Assembly (NCBI GenBank): GCA_046483985.1
Contig: JAWOCD010000028.1
Coordinates: forward strand, 1-64,000
Direction: 5' to 3'
Source of the DNA: Promethearchaeia archaeon
GTDB lineage: Archaea; Asgardarchaeota; Lokiarchaeia; Sigyniarchaeales; SOKP01
Length of the DNA: 64,000 bases
A program made the position numbers and the translations under genes. Below, piece after piece: positions 18,954 through 27,802 of the stretch. How positions within the stretch are numbered: the stretch's first letter is position 1; each line of letters begins with the position of its first letter. Under the pieces are notes generated by a model. It ran no database searches. It was not told where the DNA came from and saw only the letters and a program-made list of their open reading frames with translations.

Positions 18954-19919
18954 ATGATATCACAGAGTTTCTTTCAAGCTCTTTTAGAGTATTCTTTTCT
19001 TCAAAGGGCATTATTTACTTCGATTCTAGTTGGCGTTGTCTGCGGATTAGTGGGTGTCTTTATTATCTTGAAAAAATTAGTTTTTATGGGAGCCGGGATT
19101 GCACATGCTTCATTTGCAGGTGGGGCATTGGGTGTATTATTGAGTGTTAATCCTTTTTTAATAATTTTCTTTTTCGGTGCGGGCTCTGCGCTGAGTATTG
19201 GTTATATAAACGAGAAAGGATACGTGGAGGATAATAATGTGGCCGTAGGGATAATTTTTTCATTAACAATGGCCTTAGCAGTTCTTTTTGTGACCCTCAT
19301 CCCGAGTTATAATGTAGCAGTTAATGCACTCCTTTTTGGAAATGTGTTGGTCGTCACCACGGAAGATGCAATTTTACTTTTCATTTTTACTATTTTAATT
19401 ATCTCAATAATTTATTTTATGAAAAAAGAACTATTCTTTGTCACTTTTGACGAAGAAATGGCCCGAGCAACTGGTTTACCGGTGAGATTTTTATCTTATA
19501 TGTTTTTAATCTTGATTTCATTGGCGATTGTAATTTCTATTAAAGCTATTGGAGCTTTGCTTGTATTTGCAATGATCATAACGCCCGCAGCGGCAGCATA
19601 TCAATGGAGTTATAAAATTGACAAGATTATCTATCTATCGGTCTCTTTTGGGGCAATTTCGGCTTTTATTGGTTTATATTTATCATATATACTAGATTTA
19701 CCGTCTGGCTCAACTATCACGGTCACGGTGAGCATTATTTTTGCAATATCGATGATTTTTTCGCCTAAAAGACGGGGTGGAAAACATCTGGGCTTTGGGC
19801 ATGGCGACGTATGTAGCACTTGCCAAGAAGCAGATGAGATGGGAATATGTAAATACTGTACCCATAAGAATAATCGAGCTGAACACACCACCGAAGAACA
19901 CTCTCATTCAGATGATTAA
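18954..19919 (+). CDS. znuB: Zn/Mn ABC transporter permease with Cys/His-rich tail
   Basis: FLQRAL, GIAHASFAG, LLFGNVL and TFDEEMARATG motifs; tail CSTC...CKYCTH...HSH. Confidence 0.92.
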   Translation: MISQSFFQALLEYSFLQRALFTSILVGVVCGLVGVFIILKKLVFMGAGIAHASFAGGALGVLLSVNPFLIIFFFGAGSALSIGYINEKGYVEDNNVAVGIIFSLTMALAVLFVTLIPSYNVAVNALLFGNVLVVTTEDAILLFIFTILIISIIYFMKKELFFVTFDEEMARATGLPVRFLSYMFLILISLAIVISIKAIGALLVFAMIITPAAAAYQWSYKIDKIIYLSVSFGAISAFIGLYLSYILDLPSGSTITVTVSIIFAISMIFSPKRRGGKHLGFGHGDVCSTCQEADEMGICKYCTHKNNRAEHTTEEHSHSDD

Positions 19920-20017
19920 TTAACACGATTTCTCAATTAAAATTAAAATTGATCACATCATACTAAAAATAGAAACAAAAATATGGTAGTTAAAAATAAA
20001 ACTCGAAGTGTTGTATT

Positions 20018-21454
20018 ATTCCAAATCCTTTACTTCTGACTTGCATGAATTGTGATTCCTTGTTTAAACTTGAGAAACTCCAGCACCACTGTCCAAACTG
20101 TGGAGGCTTTTTAGTCTTTAGGCCCGAAGCACAGACCCTTGAACAGGGATTTTCGGGACTTCAGACCTCCAAAAGTATTTGGGATTATAATTTTAGTTTT
20201 CCGGAGATTGATTTGAAATATCGAGTCACATTGGGAGAAGGGAACACAGAATGTCGCCCCTCAAGAAAATTTGGGGGACTTTTTGATCTGGATAATGTCT
20301 ACTTCAAATTAGAAACTCAGAATCCAACAAACTCATTTAAAGATAGAGCCGCAGCACTCCTAATTGCCCATGCAAGAAGTTGGGACTTTAGTAAAGTTGT
20401 TTGTGCCTCTAATGGCAACCAAGGGGCATCAATTGCTGCCTATGCCTCTCTGGAAGGTATGAATTGCGTTAATATAATTCCGGAGGATATTGATATTGGA
20501 AAAAGGGCTCAGATGGTTGCATATGATTCAAAAATAAGTGTTAAAGGGAAAACCGTGGATGAAGCACTTAAAGAATCCCTCCGAGAAAAATATGTGAAAA
20601 ATTTCTATCAATGCACTCCGGAATTTAACCCGCTTACCATTGAAGGGCAGAAAACAATTTCTTTCGAGATATTTGACCAAATTGGAGTTCCCGAGTGGAT
20701 AATTATCCCTATGGGGAGCGGAGGATTGGTTATGAGCATTTGGAAGGGATTTAAGGAGCTGAAACGAGCGAAAATAATTGATCATTTTCCAAAATTAGTG
20801 GGAGTTCAGACTAATGCATGTTCTCCCATTGTAGATTCAATTAATGAAAACGTTGATTCGTCCGATATCTCTTACTCCGAAGATCTGGATTCTTATGCAT
20901 TAGGAATTTTAGTGAGAAATCCTCTTTATTTAAAGCCTGCCATGGATGCAATAATTGAAACTGGTGGTAAGGCTGTTGCCATACCTGAGAATCTAATGCT
21001 AACCAGCTCCGAGGAGCTTGCACGACATGAGGGTATCCTCGCCGAACCTTCATCTGCACTTACGGTAGCCGCCTTAAACGTGATGACTCAAAATGATGAA
21101 ATTTCACCTGCTGATTCGGTTGTCTGTATGATTACTGGAAGTGGTTTAAAAACGCCTTATATACTAGATGCGATCTCAACCAGAACTAAAACGGCTGGAA
21201 TGGGGTCTATTTTATCCACAAAATTAAAAATTCTTTCACAAATTTCTATATCTGAACACAGAGGGATTAATGGAAGCAAGCTCCAAGAAATTATTGGAAA
21301 TGTCTCTCTCTCTGCAATTTATCAGCATCTTAAGGATTTAGAAGAAAAGAATCTGATCTCTCGTAAAAAGGAAGGTAAAAGTGTATTATATTTCATTACG
21401 GAGAGAGGAAAAAAAGTACTCGATGCTCTGGATATCTTAATAACGCTTCTTTAA
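20018..21454 (+). CDS. thrC: Threonine synthase-like PLP enzyme with N-terminal zinc ribbon and C-terminal winged-helix
   Basis: TLGEGNT, NPTNSFKDR, ASNGNQG, PMGSGG, EPSSA and ITGSGLK motifs; C-terminal SAIYQHLKDLEEKNLI...YFITERG. Start moved to ATT 20018 to complete the first CxxC. Confidence 0.85.
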   Translation: MPNPLLLTCMNCDSLFKLEKLQHHCPNCGGFLVFRPEAQTLEQGFSGLQTSKSIWDYNFSFPEIDLKYRVTLGEGNTECRPSRKFGGLFDLDNVYFKLETQNPTNSFKDRAAALLIAHARSWDFSKVVCASNGNQGASIAAYASLEGMNCVNIIPEDIDIGKRAQMVAYDSKISVKGKTVDEALKESLREKYVKNFYQCTPEFNPLTIEGQKTISFEIFDQIGVPEWIIIPMGSGGLVMSIWKGFKELKRAKIIDHFPKLVGVQTNACSPIVDSINENVDSSDISYSEDLDSYALGILVRNPLYLKPAMDAIIETGGKAVAIPENLMLTSSEELARHEGILAEPSSALTVAALNVMTQNDEISPADSVVCMITGSGLKTPYILDAISTRTKTAGMGSILSTKLKILSQISISEHRGINGSKLQEIIGNVSLSAIYQHLKDLEEKNLISRKKEGKSVLYFITERGKKVLDALDILITLL

Positions 21455-21455
21455 C

Positions 21456-21497
21456 GATCTGCGAAAGAAGTCCCCATCCCTTTAGGGAGGGGATGAA
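21456..21497 (+). repeat. IS200/IS605-like left-end palindrome, copy 1 of 3
   Basis: 42-bp GATCTGCGAAAGAAGTCCCCATCCCTTTAGGGAGGGGATGAA is identical at 35558 and 50359; preceded here by TTAAC. Confidence 0.85.
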
Positions 21498-21730
21498 AAC
21501 TCTACCTCTTTTATTTTATCGGAAATATACCATGTTTGTTTGGAAAGCCCTTTCTCCGTTTTTTGTTTATTTTTCCGTGCCATTTTATCACATTCCCGTG
21601 GTTCTGGGCCTTCATTTTTTAATCCAATCGGAATGTCAATGACCATAATTTCGGGATTGGAAATATCTTTCCAGACCAAGATCCAGCCAGCGGAACATCC
21701 GTCGATCCCGAAATACTTGTACTTTTCCAT
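21482..21730 (-). pseudogene. DUF429-like (RNase H-fold) gene remnant
   Basis: GIDGCSAGW, IDIPIGL, RECDKMAR and GLSKQTW..SDKIKEV are compressed into 82 aa and truncated at the palindromic element. Confidence 0.7.
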
Positions 21731-21821
21731 TTTATTATCACAAAGATCACTAAGGAATAGTTGATTTAAACGTTAATTAGAAAAGAAAAAACTTTCTAAT
21801 TCTCTGCATATTAACCTTCTT

Positions 21822-22448
21822 CTATTTGAAAACTTTCTCAAATACACTAGGGATGCTCTCAATGATATTTTGTCTAACTGTACCAACAAAAATTAAGGCC
21901 GCAATAGCTCCTACCCCAAATTGAATTAAACCATTAAGAAATACTTCTAACAACGCAACATTCAATCCAAAGAGTATCATTTCATAAATGAAATAGCCTA
22001 TTACCATGATCAAGCCTCCAATAACAATTCCTGTAATATCCCTAAAGTCAATTCTTTTATGTTTCTTTTTTGGGTTTGAAATCAATCCGACTACTAACCC
22101 TTCTAAACCCTTAATAACCAATGTAGCGGGAGCATATAAGGTGTAACCTAGAAAAAGATCAGCAAACATTGAACCCACTCCCCCAGCTAACGCGCCAATG
22201 AAAGGTCCAAATAATAAACCCGCACTCATTACCAGAGCATCTCCAATATTAATAAATCCTTGGGTTGCTGGGACAGGAATTGCAATAAGCATCGTCACAA
22301 TGCAGATTAATGCAGCAAAAATGCTAGTCACAGCAATTGTAACTGGATATATTGGTAAAATATATCCCAAGCGACTTTTTAATTTCGATTCGTATTTTTT
22401 TTCTTCATTAGTCTGGTACTGCTCTTTTTCTTTTTTATCAACCTGCAT
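21822..22448 (-). CDS. ECF transporter S component
   Basis: IPVPATQGFINIGDA, GGVGSMFADL and APATLVIKGLEG motifs. Confidence 0.9.
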   Translation of the reverse strand: MQVDKKEKEQYQTNEEKKYESKLKSRLGYILPIYPVTIAVTSIFAALICIVTMLIAIPVPATQGFINIGDALVMSAGLLFGPFIGALAGGVGSMFADLFLGYTLYAPATLVIKGLEGLVVGLISNPKKKHKRIDFRDITGIVIGGLIMVIGYFIYEMILFGLNVALLEVFLNGLIQFGVGAIAALIFVGTVRQNIIESIPSVFEKVFK

Positions 22449-22528
22449 ACTATCTTATATAAGTTCAATCTTATATATAAGTTTTAACTTATATATCTTT
22501 AATTTCCAATAAATTTTATACATTTTAC

Positions 22529-22580
22529 CATTAGAATTCGAGAAAGCACCGTCCTTTAGGGCGGGGATGAATCGCACATA
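22529..22580 (+). repeat. Isolated IS200/IS605-like left end (same family as 4244 and 6739)
   Basis: TTTAC followed by CATTAGAATTCGAGAAAGCACCGTCCTTTAGGGCGGGGATGAATCGCACATA. Confidence 0.75.
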
Positions 22581-22753
22581 GATCTATAAGTTTCTTAAAG
22601 AGCCACTACAGTAATTACCCGCATTCTTAAATAATGGATATAGCAGACCAATAAAAAGTTTAGGAATAAGAAAGTATCTGAAGGTATCTACTGATTACTA
22701 CATTTCTCTCGAAATATAATAAAAAAGAATAATTTAAAAAAGAGAATGTTTTT

Positions 22754-23356
22754 TTACTTTTGTTTGAGTTTGTATTTTTGATAACGTCGGTAGATTAAAA
22801 TTTCGAATAAAATTATCAGCATTGCGGTGAATGTAATCATTATCCCAAGATTGGCAAAATCGGTCCCTCTCAATACCCCATGAAAATAGGCAAAAATTAA
22901 TGCTACATAAATGAATCCATGAAGAATACGCCATATTTTAGGAGAAAAGTATTTCCTTACAACGGCAATCAAGGCAGAAAAATAAATAATATATAACGCT
23001 ATTGGTCCTGCACCCGCCCAAAATGAGACCCAATCTTCAAAGGCTGGGATAAATAATGCAAGTGTTCCCCATTGGATAGCCATTGTAATTGGATGCAACG
23101 TGACTAAAATTACTCCAGTTACCGAAAAAACATGATGTATATTAAGAAATGAAGTTCCAAAACTTTTAGTTATTTGTTTCATGAGGGAGGTAGTTAAGGC
23201 AGCTAAAAATAGCGACGTATACCCAAGTAACACACCTAAACGTATAATGGTTGCAGAAAAACCACCGGGATTTCCAAAAAAATATAATAAAGTTATCCAT
23301 GCATAAAGAGAGACTATTAACCCGATAAAATAAAATCCTTTTTTAGTAATTTGCAT
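22754..23356 (-). CDS. Ferric reductase-like / MsrQ-like heme b membrane protein
   Basis: Six TM helices with paired histidines (IHH...LH and WRILHGFIY...FHG). Confidence 0.8.
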   Translation of the reverse strand: MQITKKGFYFIGLIVSLYAWITLLYFFGNPGGFSATIIRLGVLLGYTSLFLAALTTSLMKQITKSFGTSFLNIHHVFSVTGVILVTLHPITMAIQWGTLALFIPAFEDWVSFWAGAGPIALYIIYFSALIAVVRKYFSPKIWRILHGFIYVALIFAYFHGVLRGTDFANLGIMITFTAMLIILFEILIYRRYQKYKLKQK

Positions 23357-23389
23357 ATTTTAATATGATAAAAACTTAATATAATTTAT

Positions 23390-23435
23390 CAAAAAAGCAA
23401 AAGAAATCTCTCTCCTTTAGGATGGAGAAGTTCGG
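23390..23435 (+). repeat. Degenerate minimal single-hairpin IS200/IS605-derived element
   Basis: TTTAT followed by CAAAAAAGCAAAAGAAATCTCTCTCCTTTAGGATGGAGAAGTTC, which parallels 60560..60606. Confidence 0.5.
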
Positions 23436-23537
23436 AGTAGTGATATTTGGAACTTGGCTAATTATTACAAAAGATAAGCCTATTTTGATAAAAATAAGGA
23501 AGTTGCTCCTATACAGACCAATTTGAAATCTCTTTCG

Positions 23538-24455
23538 CTACATTCGCATCCTACAACTTCTTATCTCCTCAGAGTGGGTTGGCTGGATAGTTGTTTCAAA
23601 GATCGCAAACTCATCAAATAGGAAATCATTTATTCGTGCAATAATCTCATCTTGATCTACCCCTTCCTCTAATCTTATATGTGTTGAAAGAACCGTAATA
23701 TCCGGGGTAATTGTCCAAATATGGGTATCATAAGCCTCTAAAACGTTTTTAAATTCCTTTTTTAAACTCTGCTCGATCATTTCCACATTTACTCCTTTTG
23801 GGGCGATTTCCAGAAGAATTCTTGACGAATCTTTCAAGATACCCCATGCCCAATAGATAATAATTCCCGCAATGACAAAACTGACCAAAGGATCGAAGAT
23901 CCACCATCCTGTATAGGCAATTAGGATGGAAACAAAGACAATTCCTATTGAAGAAGCAGCATCTCCGATCATATGATAAAAGACACCCTTGACATTGATA
24001 TCTCTTTCATAACTCCCTTGTAAAATTATTATACTGGTAATATTTACCCCTAAACCTACGAGAGCAATGATTAACATGTAAAAACTATCGATCTCCAAGG
24101 GATTTAATAACCGCAAAATTCCCTCATATATGATAAGTCCCACCATGACAAGGAGAAATAATCCGTTTATAAAAGCTGCCAAGACTTCTGCTCGGTAAAG
24201 TCCATAGGTCTTATGATGGCAAACTGGTTGTTTTGTAAGATATATTGCAAATAGACTAATACTTATCGCGAACGCATGAGTAAACATATGTCCAGCATCA
24301 CTAATTAAAGCAATACTGTTTGTAATAATCCCTCCGATAATTTCCAGAACCATCACGGTCAATGTAATGGTTAATGAGAGAATTAGCCGCTTTTTATGTG
24401 TTTGCTTATAACGAAATAGCTCTCGTAAATTGTTTTTTGCTTCCTTTCCCACCAT
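23538..24455 (-). CDS. czcD: Cation diffusion facilitator (Zn/Co/Cd exporter)
   Basis: SIALISDAGHMFTH, TYGLYRAEVLAAFING, HMIGD and HIWTIT motifs. Confidence 0.92.
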   Translation of the reverse strand: MVGKEAKNNLRELFRYKQTHKKRLILSLTITLTVMVLEIIGGIITNSIALISDAGHMFTHAFAISISLFAIYLTKQPVCHHKTYGLYRAEVLAAFINGLFLLVMVGLIIYEGILRLLNPLEIDSFYMLIIALVGLGVNITSIIILQGSYERDINVKGVFYHMIGDAASSIGIVFVSILIAYTGWWIFDPLVSFVIAGIIIYWAWGILKDSSRILLEIAPKGVNVEMIEQSLKKEFKNVLEAYDTHIWTITPDITVLSTHIRLEEGVDQDEIIARINDFLFDEFAIFETTIQPTHSEEIRSCRMRM

Positions 24456-24714
24456 AATAATCCTTTATTGTCAATATGTTTGTTTGATATTAAGGATCTT
24501 TCTTTTAATATTATATTAACGAAAAACCAATTTTAAGATTCCATTTATAACATATAAGGAAATCGGTTTCATTGGTTTTCAAAGTTTTCAACTTTCCATT
24601 GGCATTGCGGGCAAAAATAACCATACCGACTGGAACTCTTGAAAATAGTTCTGATTATTTCGCTCAGGATTCTTTTATAAGTGGTTTGACACTACTCTAT
24701 ACGTTTTTTTGCTC

Positions 24715-26211
24715 TTATCCCACTCGAGGCCATGCCTTTTGCTTTAATTCTGGATCTGGGGGATATTTGGGCTTTTGTGCTTTTTTAACAGAACGAAGCT
24801 CTTTTTTATTGACATGATATTTTAGATCTTTAATTTCACTATAGGTTGGAATTGATTCGGAAAATTGTGGCAGCCATTTTTGTTCATAATATAATATATT
24901 ATGCATCATCTGTTCAATTTTCTCCTCGTCTTCAATAAATTGGCACATAGGATCAGCCAATAAAGATTCTAACAGATCTTCTGGATTTCCAGATAAAGCT
25001 GCATCAACGATTAATTGCTGATTTTCTGCATGAAGCTTTACTAACTCATTGATATCGGAAGGCAATGCTCCGATGTCTGCTTTATGAATTTTTTTATCCT
25101 GAAAGTAGCAAGGAATTTCAACCACGCAATTATCGGGCAATGAGGAAATGGCTCCATTATTCATAATGTTACACACATGATGGTTCGGCAAGTTTCTTTC
25201 CCTATGTTTTGCCATAAGCAGCGCCTTTTCCCCTCCTTCCATTGGTCTTAAGAATAATTTTACAAACCACCGGTTTCTATTTTTTGCACCCCATTGAATA
25301 AGATCATATACTAATCCCCGATACCAGTGTAAACGCTTTACTTGACGTAGTTTAGTCATACCGAATGGACCATCTTGGTAATTGAAAAAATTATAATATT
25401 TTGGTAAAAATTCTCCGACATGTCGATCTTCTACATAGTTAAAATATCCATACTTTTTCAGTAAATAATAATTAAACGGGCGCCCGAAATTTCCCGATTC
25501 ATAAGCATAGGATGCTGCATCTCGTAACTGGGGATATATATCTTTTCCCCCATATTTGATATCAGTAATCCACGCAAAATGATTTACTCCTCCGTAAAGA
25601 ACCTCAAATCTCTCTTGTGTAGAGGTATCTACTCCTGCATATTTTAAAAAGCGAGCAAATTCTTTAGAGCCCACATAGAAAAATTCATGGCATAATCCAA
25701 TCGATTGAAGTTGGGGTTCTGCTTGAATTGCGCTGAGCATTAAAGTTCCTTGTGGATTGGTATAGTTTAGGACTGTAGCGTTGGGGGCTAATTCATAAAT
25801 GTCTCTAATAATCTTAATTAAAACTGGGATGGTGCGGACAGCTCGAAAAATGCCCCCGGGTCCCACCGTATCTCCCGTATTTTGAGGAATGCCAAATTTC
25901 AAGGGAATGTGAATATCATACCAATCTGTCTGTTGGATTCCCACCGAGATGGAAATTAATACATAATCCGCATTTGGGAGTGCCTTTCTACGATCGGTGG
26001 TGAGATGTAACTCGATATCTTTATGCTGCATATAAATAATTTGTCTTAATGCCCTCCCCATAAATTTTAGTGAGTTTACATTAATATCGACCAACCATAA
26101 TTCAACGGGATGGAAATATTTCGCAAAATCTAAAATATTCAAGGCACATGGGATGGTAAATCGAAATGAGCCTGCGCCTATATAGACTATTTTATATTTT
26201 TTCGGGCTCAT
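24715..26211 (-). CDS. melA: Glycoside hydrolase family 4 (alpha-galactosidase-like)
   Basis: IGAGS, GDTVGPGG, NYTNP, GLCH and GVNHF motifs. Confidence 0.9.
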   Translation of the reverse strand: MSPKKYKIVYIGAGSFRFTIPCALNILDFAKYFHPVELWLVDINVNSLKFMGRALRQIIYMQHKDIELHLTTDRRKALPNADYVLISISVGIQQTDWYDIHIPLKFGIPQNTGDTVGPGGIFRAVRTIPVLIKIIRDIYELAPNATVLNYTNPQGTLMLSAIQAEPQLQSIGLCHEFFYVGSKEFARFLKYAGVDTSTQERFEVLYGGVNHFAWITDIKYGGKDIYPQLRDAASYAYESGNFGRPFNYYLLKKYGYFNYVEDRHVGEFLPKYYNFFNYQDGPFGMTKLRQVKRLHWYRGLVYDLIQWGAKNRNRWFVKLFLRPMEGGEKALLMAKHRERNLPNHHVCNIMNNGAISSLPDNCVVEIPCYFQDKKIHKADIGALPSDINELVKLHAENQQLIVDAALSGNPEDLLESLLADPMCQFIEDEEKIEQMMHNILYYEQKWLPQFSESIPTYSEIKDLKYHVNKKELRSVKKAQKPKYPPDPELKQKAWPRVG

Positions 26212-27290
26212 TAAGTCTTTAAGTCTACTATTAATTTTAAAAGTTTAGGATTGATGGTTAATATCTTTAAGAGGGTAATATAATTATCGGTAGAGAGGAT
26301 TTCATCGCTTTTGGTAGTATTTTCTCCATTTTTAGCTCGTTTCTGGGGATGTGCTGCCTCATTACGCAAATCTGAAATTTTAATCCCTTCCACCGTAAAA
26401 AAATTATGATTAAATAGCGTTTTTGAAATTAAGAGTACATTTTCATATTTTTCTCCAAATCGTTTTTTTAAAAATTCAGCGAACCGGGTAAACAAAGGGG
26501 TATGCCTCCGAATTTTTTTATCAGTGAGATTTAATAAGAAAAAAGGGATATTACCGAAAGTCAAATGCCGTTTCTCCTGCAGATAGTTTTTGAAATTATA
26601 GTAGGTCCTTTGCCGGGGGTCTGATCCGCCGGAGGCAAATGGTTGTTTTATCCTAAAAAACGAGAGTTTATCTTCGGATCCTTGCAAATATTTTTTAAAT
26701 GGTTCAAAAATCGCTACTTTCAATTCTCGTTCGATCCCTTTACACACGTTAACAATTGCATTTGCAATATTATTCGCCCTGACGCTTGTTTCTGCTTGTT
26801 TAAAATCCCTCCGTGTTGAGCCTTCCAATTCATTCCATATTTCATCATTGATGATATATTGTCTGAGGAACTTTTCTACCTGCAATAATGAGAGTTTTTC
26901 AAGAACCACTATAGCTAAAAGAAAAATTAAAGGGAGAATACAGACAACAAAACCAATTGTCTCCTTGGGCTCGATGATGATATAATATAAGCAAGAAAGA
27001 ATTCCTAAAAAAAAGCTAAAAATTACTTGAGAAAAAAAGGTGAAATATTCTTGGAAACCGAGTTCCACAATATTTCTCCGTGCAATTATATAAAAATAGA
27101 TTAATCCCCCGAGATAAATGAACAATAAAATGAACGCATATAGTCCAATTGCCTCATTTGTGGGAAAATTAATTAAAAAGTCATAATATCCTAAGAGAAC
27201 CAATACTATAATCTCAAAAATTAAGAAATTTTCGTTCTCTCTCGGATTAAGTGTTTCTTTTAAATTCGCTAAGGTTTTCTTTACATGCAT
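26211..27290 (-). CDS. Four-TM membrane protein with C-terminal HEPN-like domain
   Basis: Four hydrophobic helices (about aa 22-130), then AE..A..NVCKGIERELK, LTFG and RNEAAH (Rx4H). Confidence 0.75.
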   Translation of the reverse strand: MHVKKTLANLKETLNPRENENFLIFEIIVLVLLGYYDFLINFPTNEAIGLYAFILLFIYLGGLIYFYIIARRNIVELGFQEYFTFFSQVIFSFFLGILSCLYYIIIEPKETIGFVVCILPLIFLLAIVVLEKLSLLQVEKFLRQYIINDEIWNELEGSTRRDFKQAETSVRANNIANAIVNVCKGIERELKVAIFEPFKKYLQGSEDKLSFFRIKQPFASGGSDPRQRTYYNFKNYLQEKRHLTFGNIPFFLLNLTDKKIRRHTPLFTRFAEFLKKRFGEKYENVLLISKTLFNHNFFTVEGIKISDLRNEAAHPQKRAKNGENTTKSDEILSTDNYITLLKILTINPKLLKLIVDLKT

Positions 27291-27503
27291 ATATTAGCCT
27301 AATAAGTTTAGAATTATTCTTTTGTTCATCTAAACATTTAATTATTTTTATAATTTAAAAATAAAATAAAAAAAATTGTACTTAAGTTTTAAGGGTTATT
27401 TTAAGTAGGTAAAAATTATATACAAAAAGATTTATTATTTTGTAAGATAATATCAAAGTATAAAGAAAAAATTTTCTAAAAGTTATTTTAAAATTGATAA
27501 AAG

Positions 27504-27665
27504 ATGTCAGAATCAGATAGACAATCAGTAGAGTATTTCTTAGAATGGATTAACAATGGAGGCTTAAATGACTGGATAGAACATTTCTTGAATCAAGGAG
27601 ATGAACAAAAACTAAGAGAAATTAAACAAGTTTTTGATAAAATTAAGGAAATCTTTGGATTTTAA
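27504..27665 (+). CDS. Small acidic helical protein (53 aa), absent from the ORF track
   Basis: MSESDRQSVEYFLEWINNGGLNDWIEHFLNQGDEQKLREIKQVFDKIKEIFGF; a coding-like island within AT-rich intergenic DNA. Confidence 0.6.
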   Translation: MSESDRQSVEYFLEWINNGGLNDWIEHFLNQGDEQKLREIKQVFDKIKEIFGF

Positions 27666-27802
27666 CTTATAACGGAAGAATTATACAAATAATTTTATCA
27701 TTTTCATACTTCTTATTTCCTTTATTTCTTTTTCGGAAAATATTGTATTTCTCCAATTCCTAATTTAATAAAATCTAATTACTTTATATATATTGAGAGA
27801 CT

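Noticed and set aside
22529-23435. Composite element carrying the ferric-reductase-like gene as cargo
   Set aside because: The apparent right end at 23390-23435 has its own TTTAT motif and leader like the 60560 mini-element, so two independent insertions are more likely.
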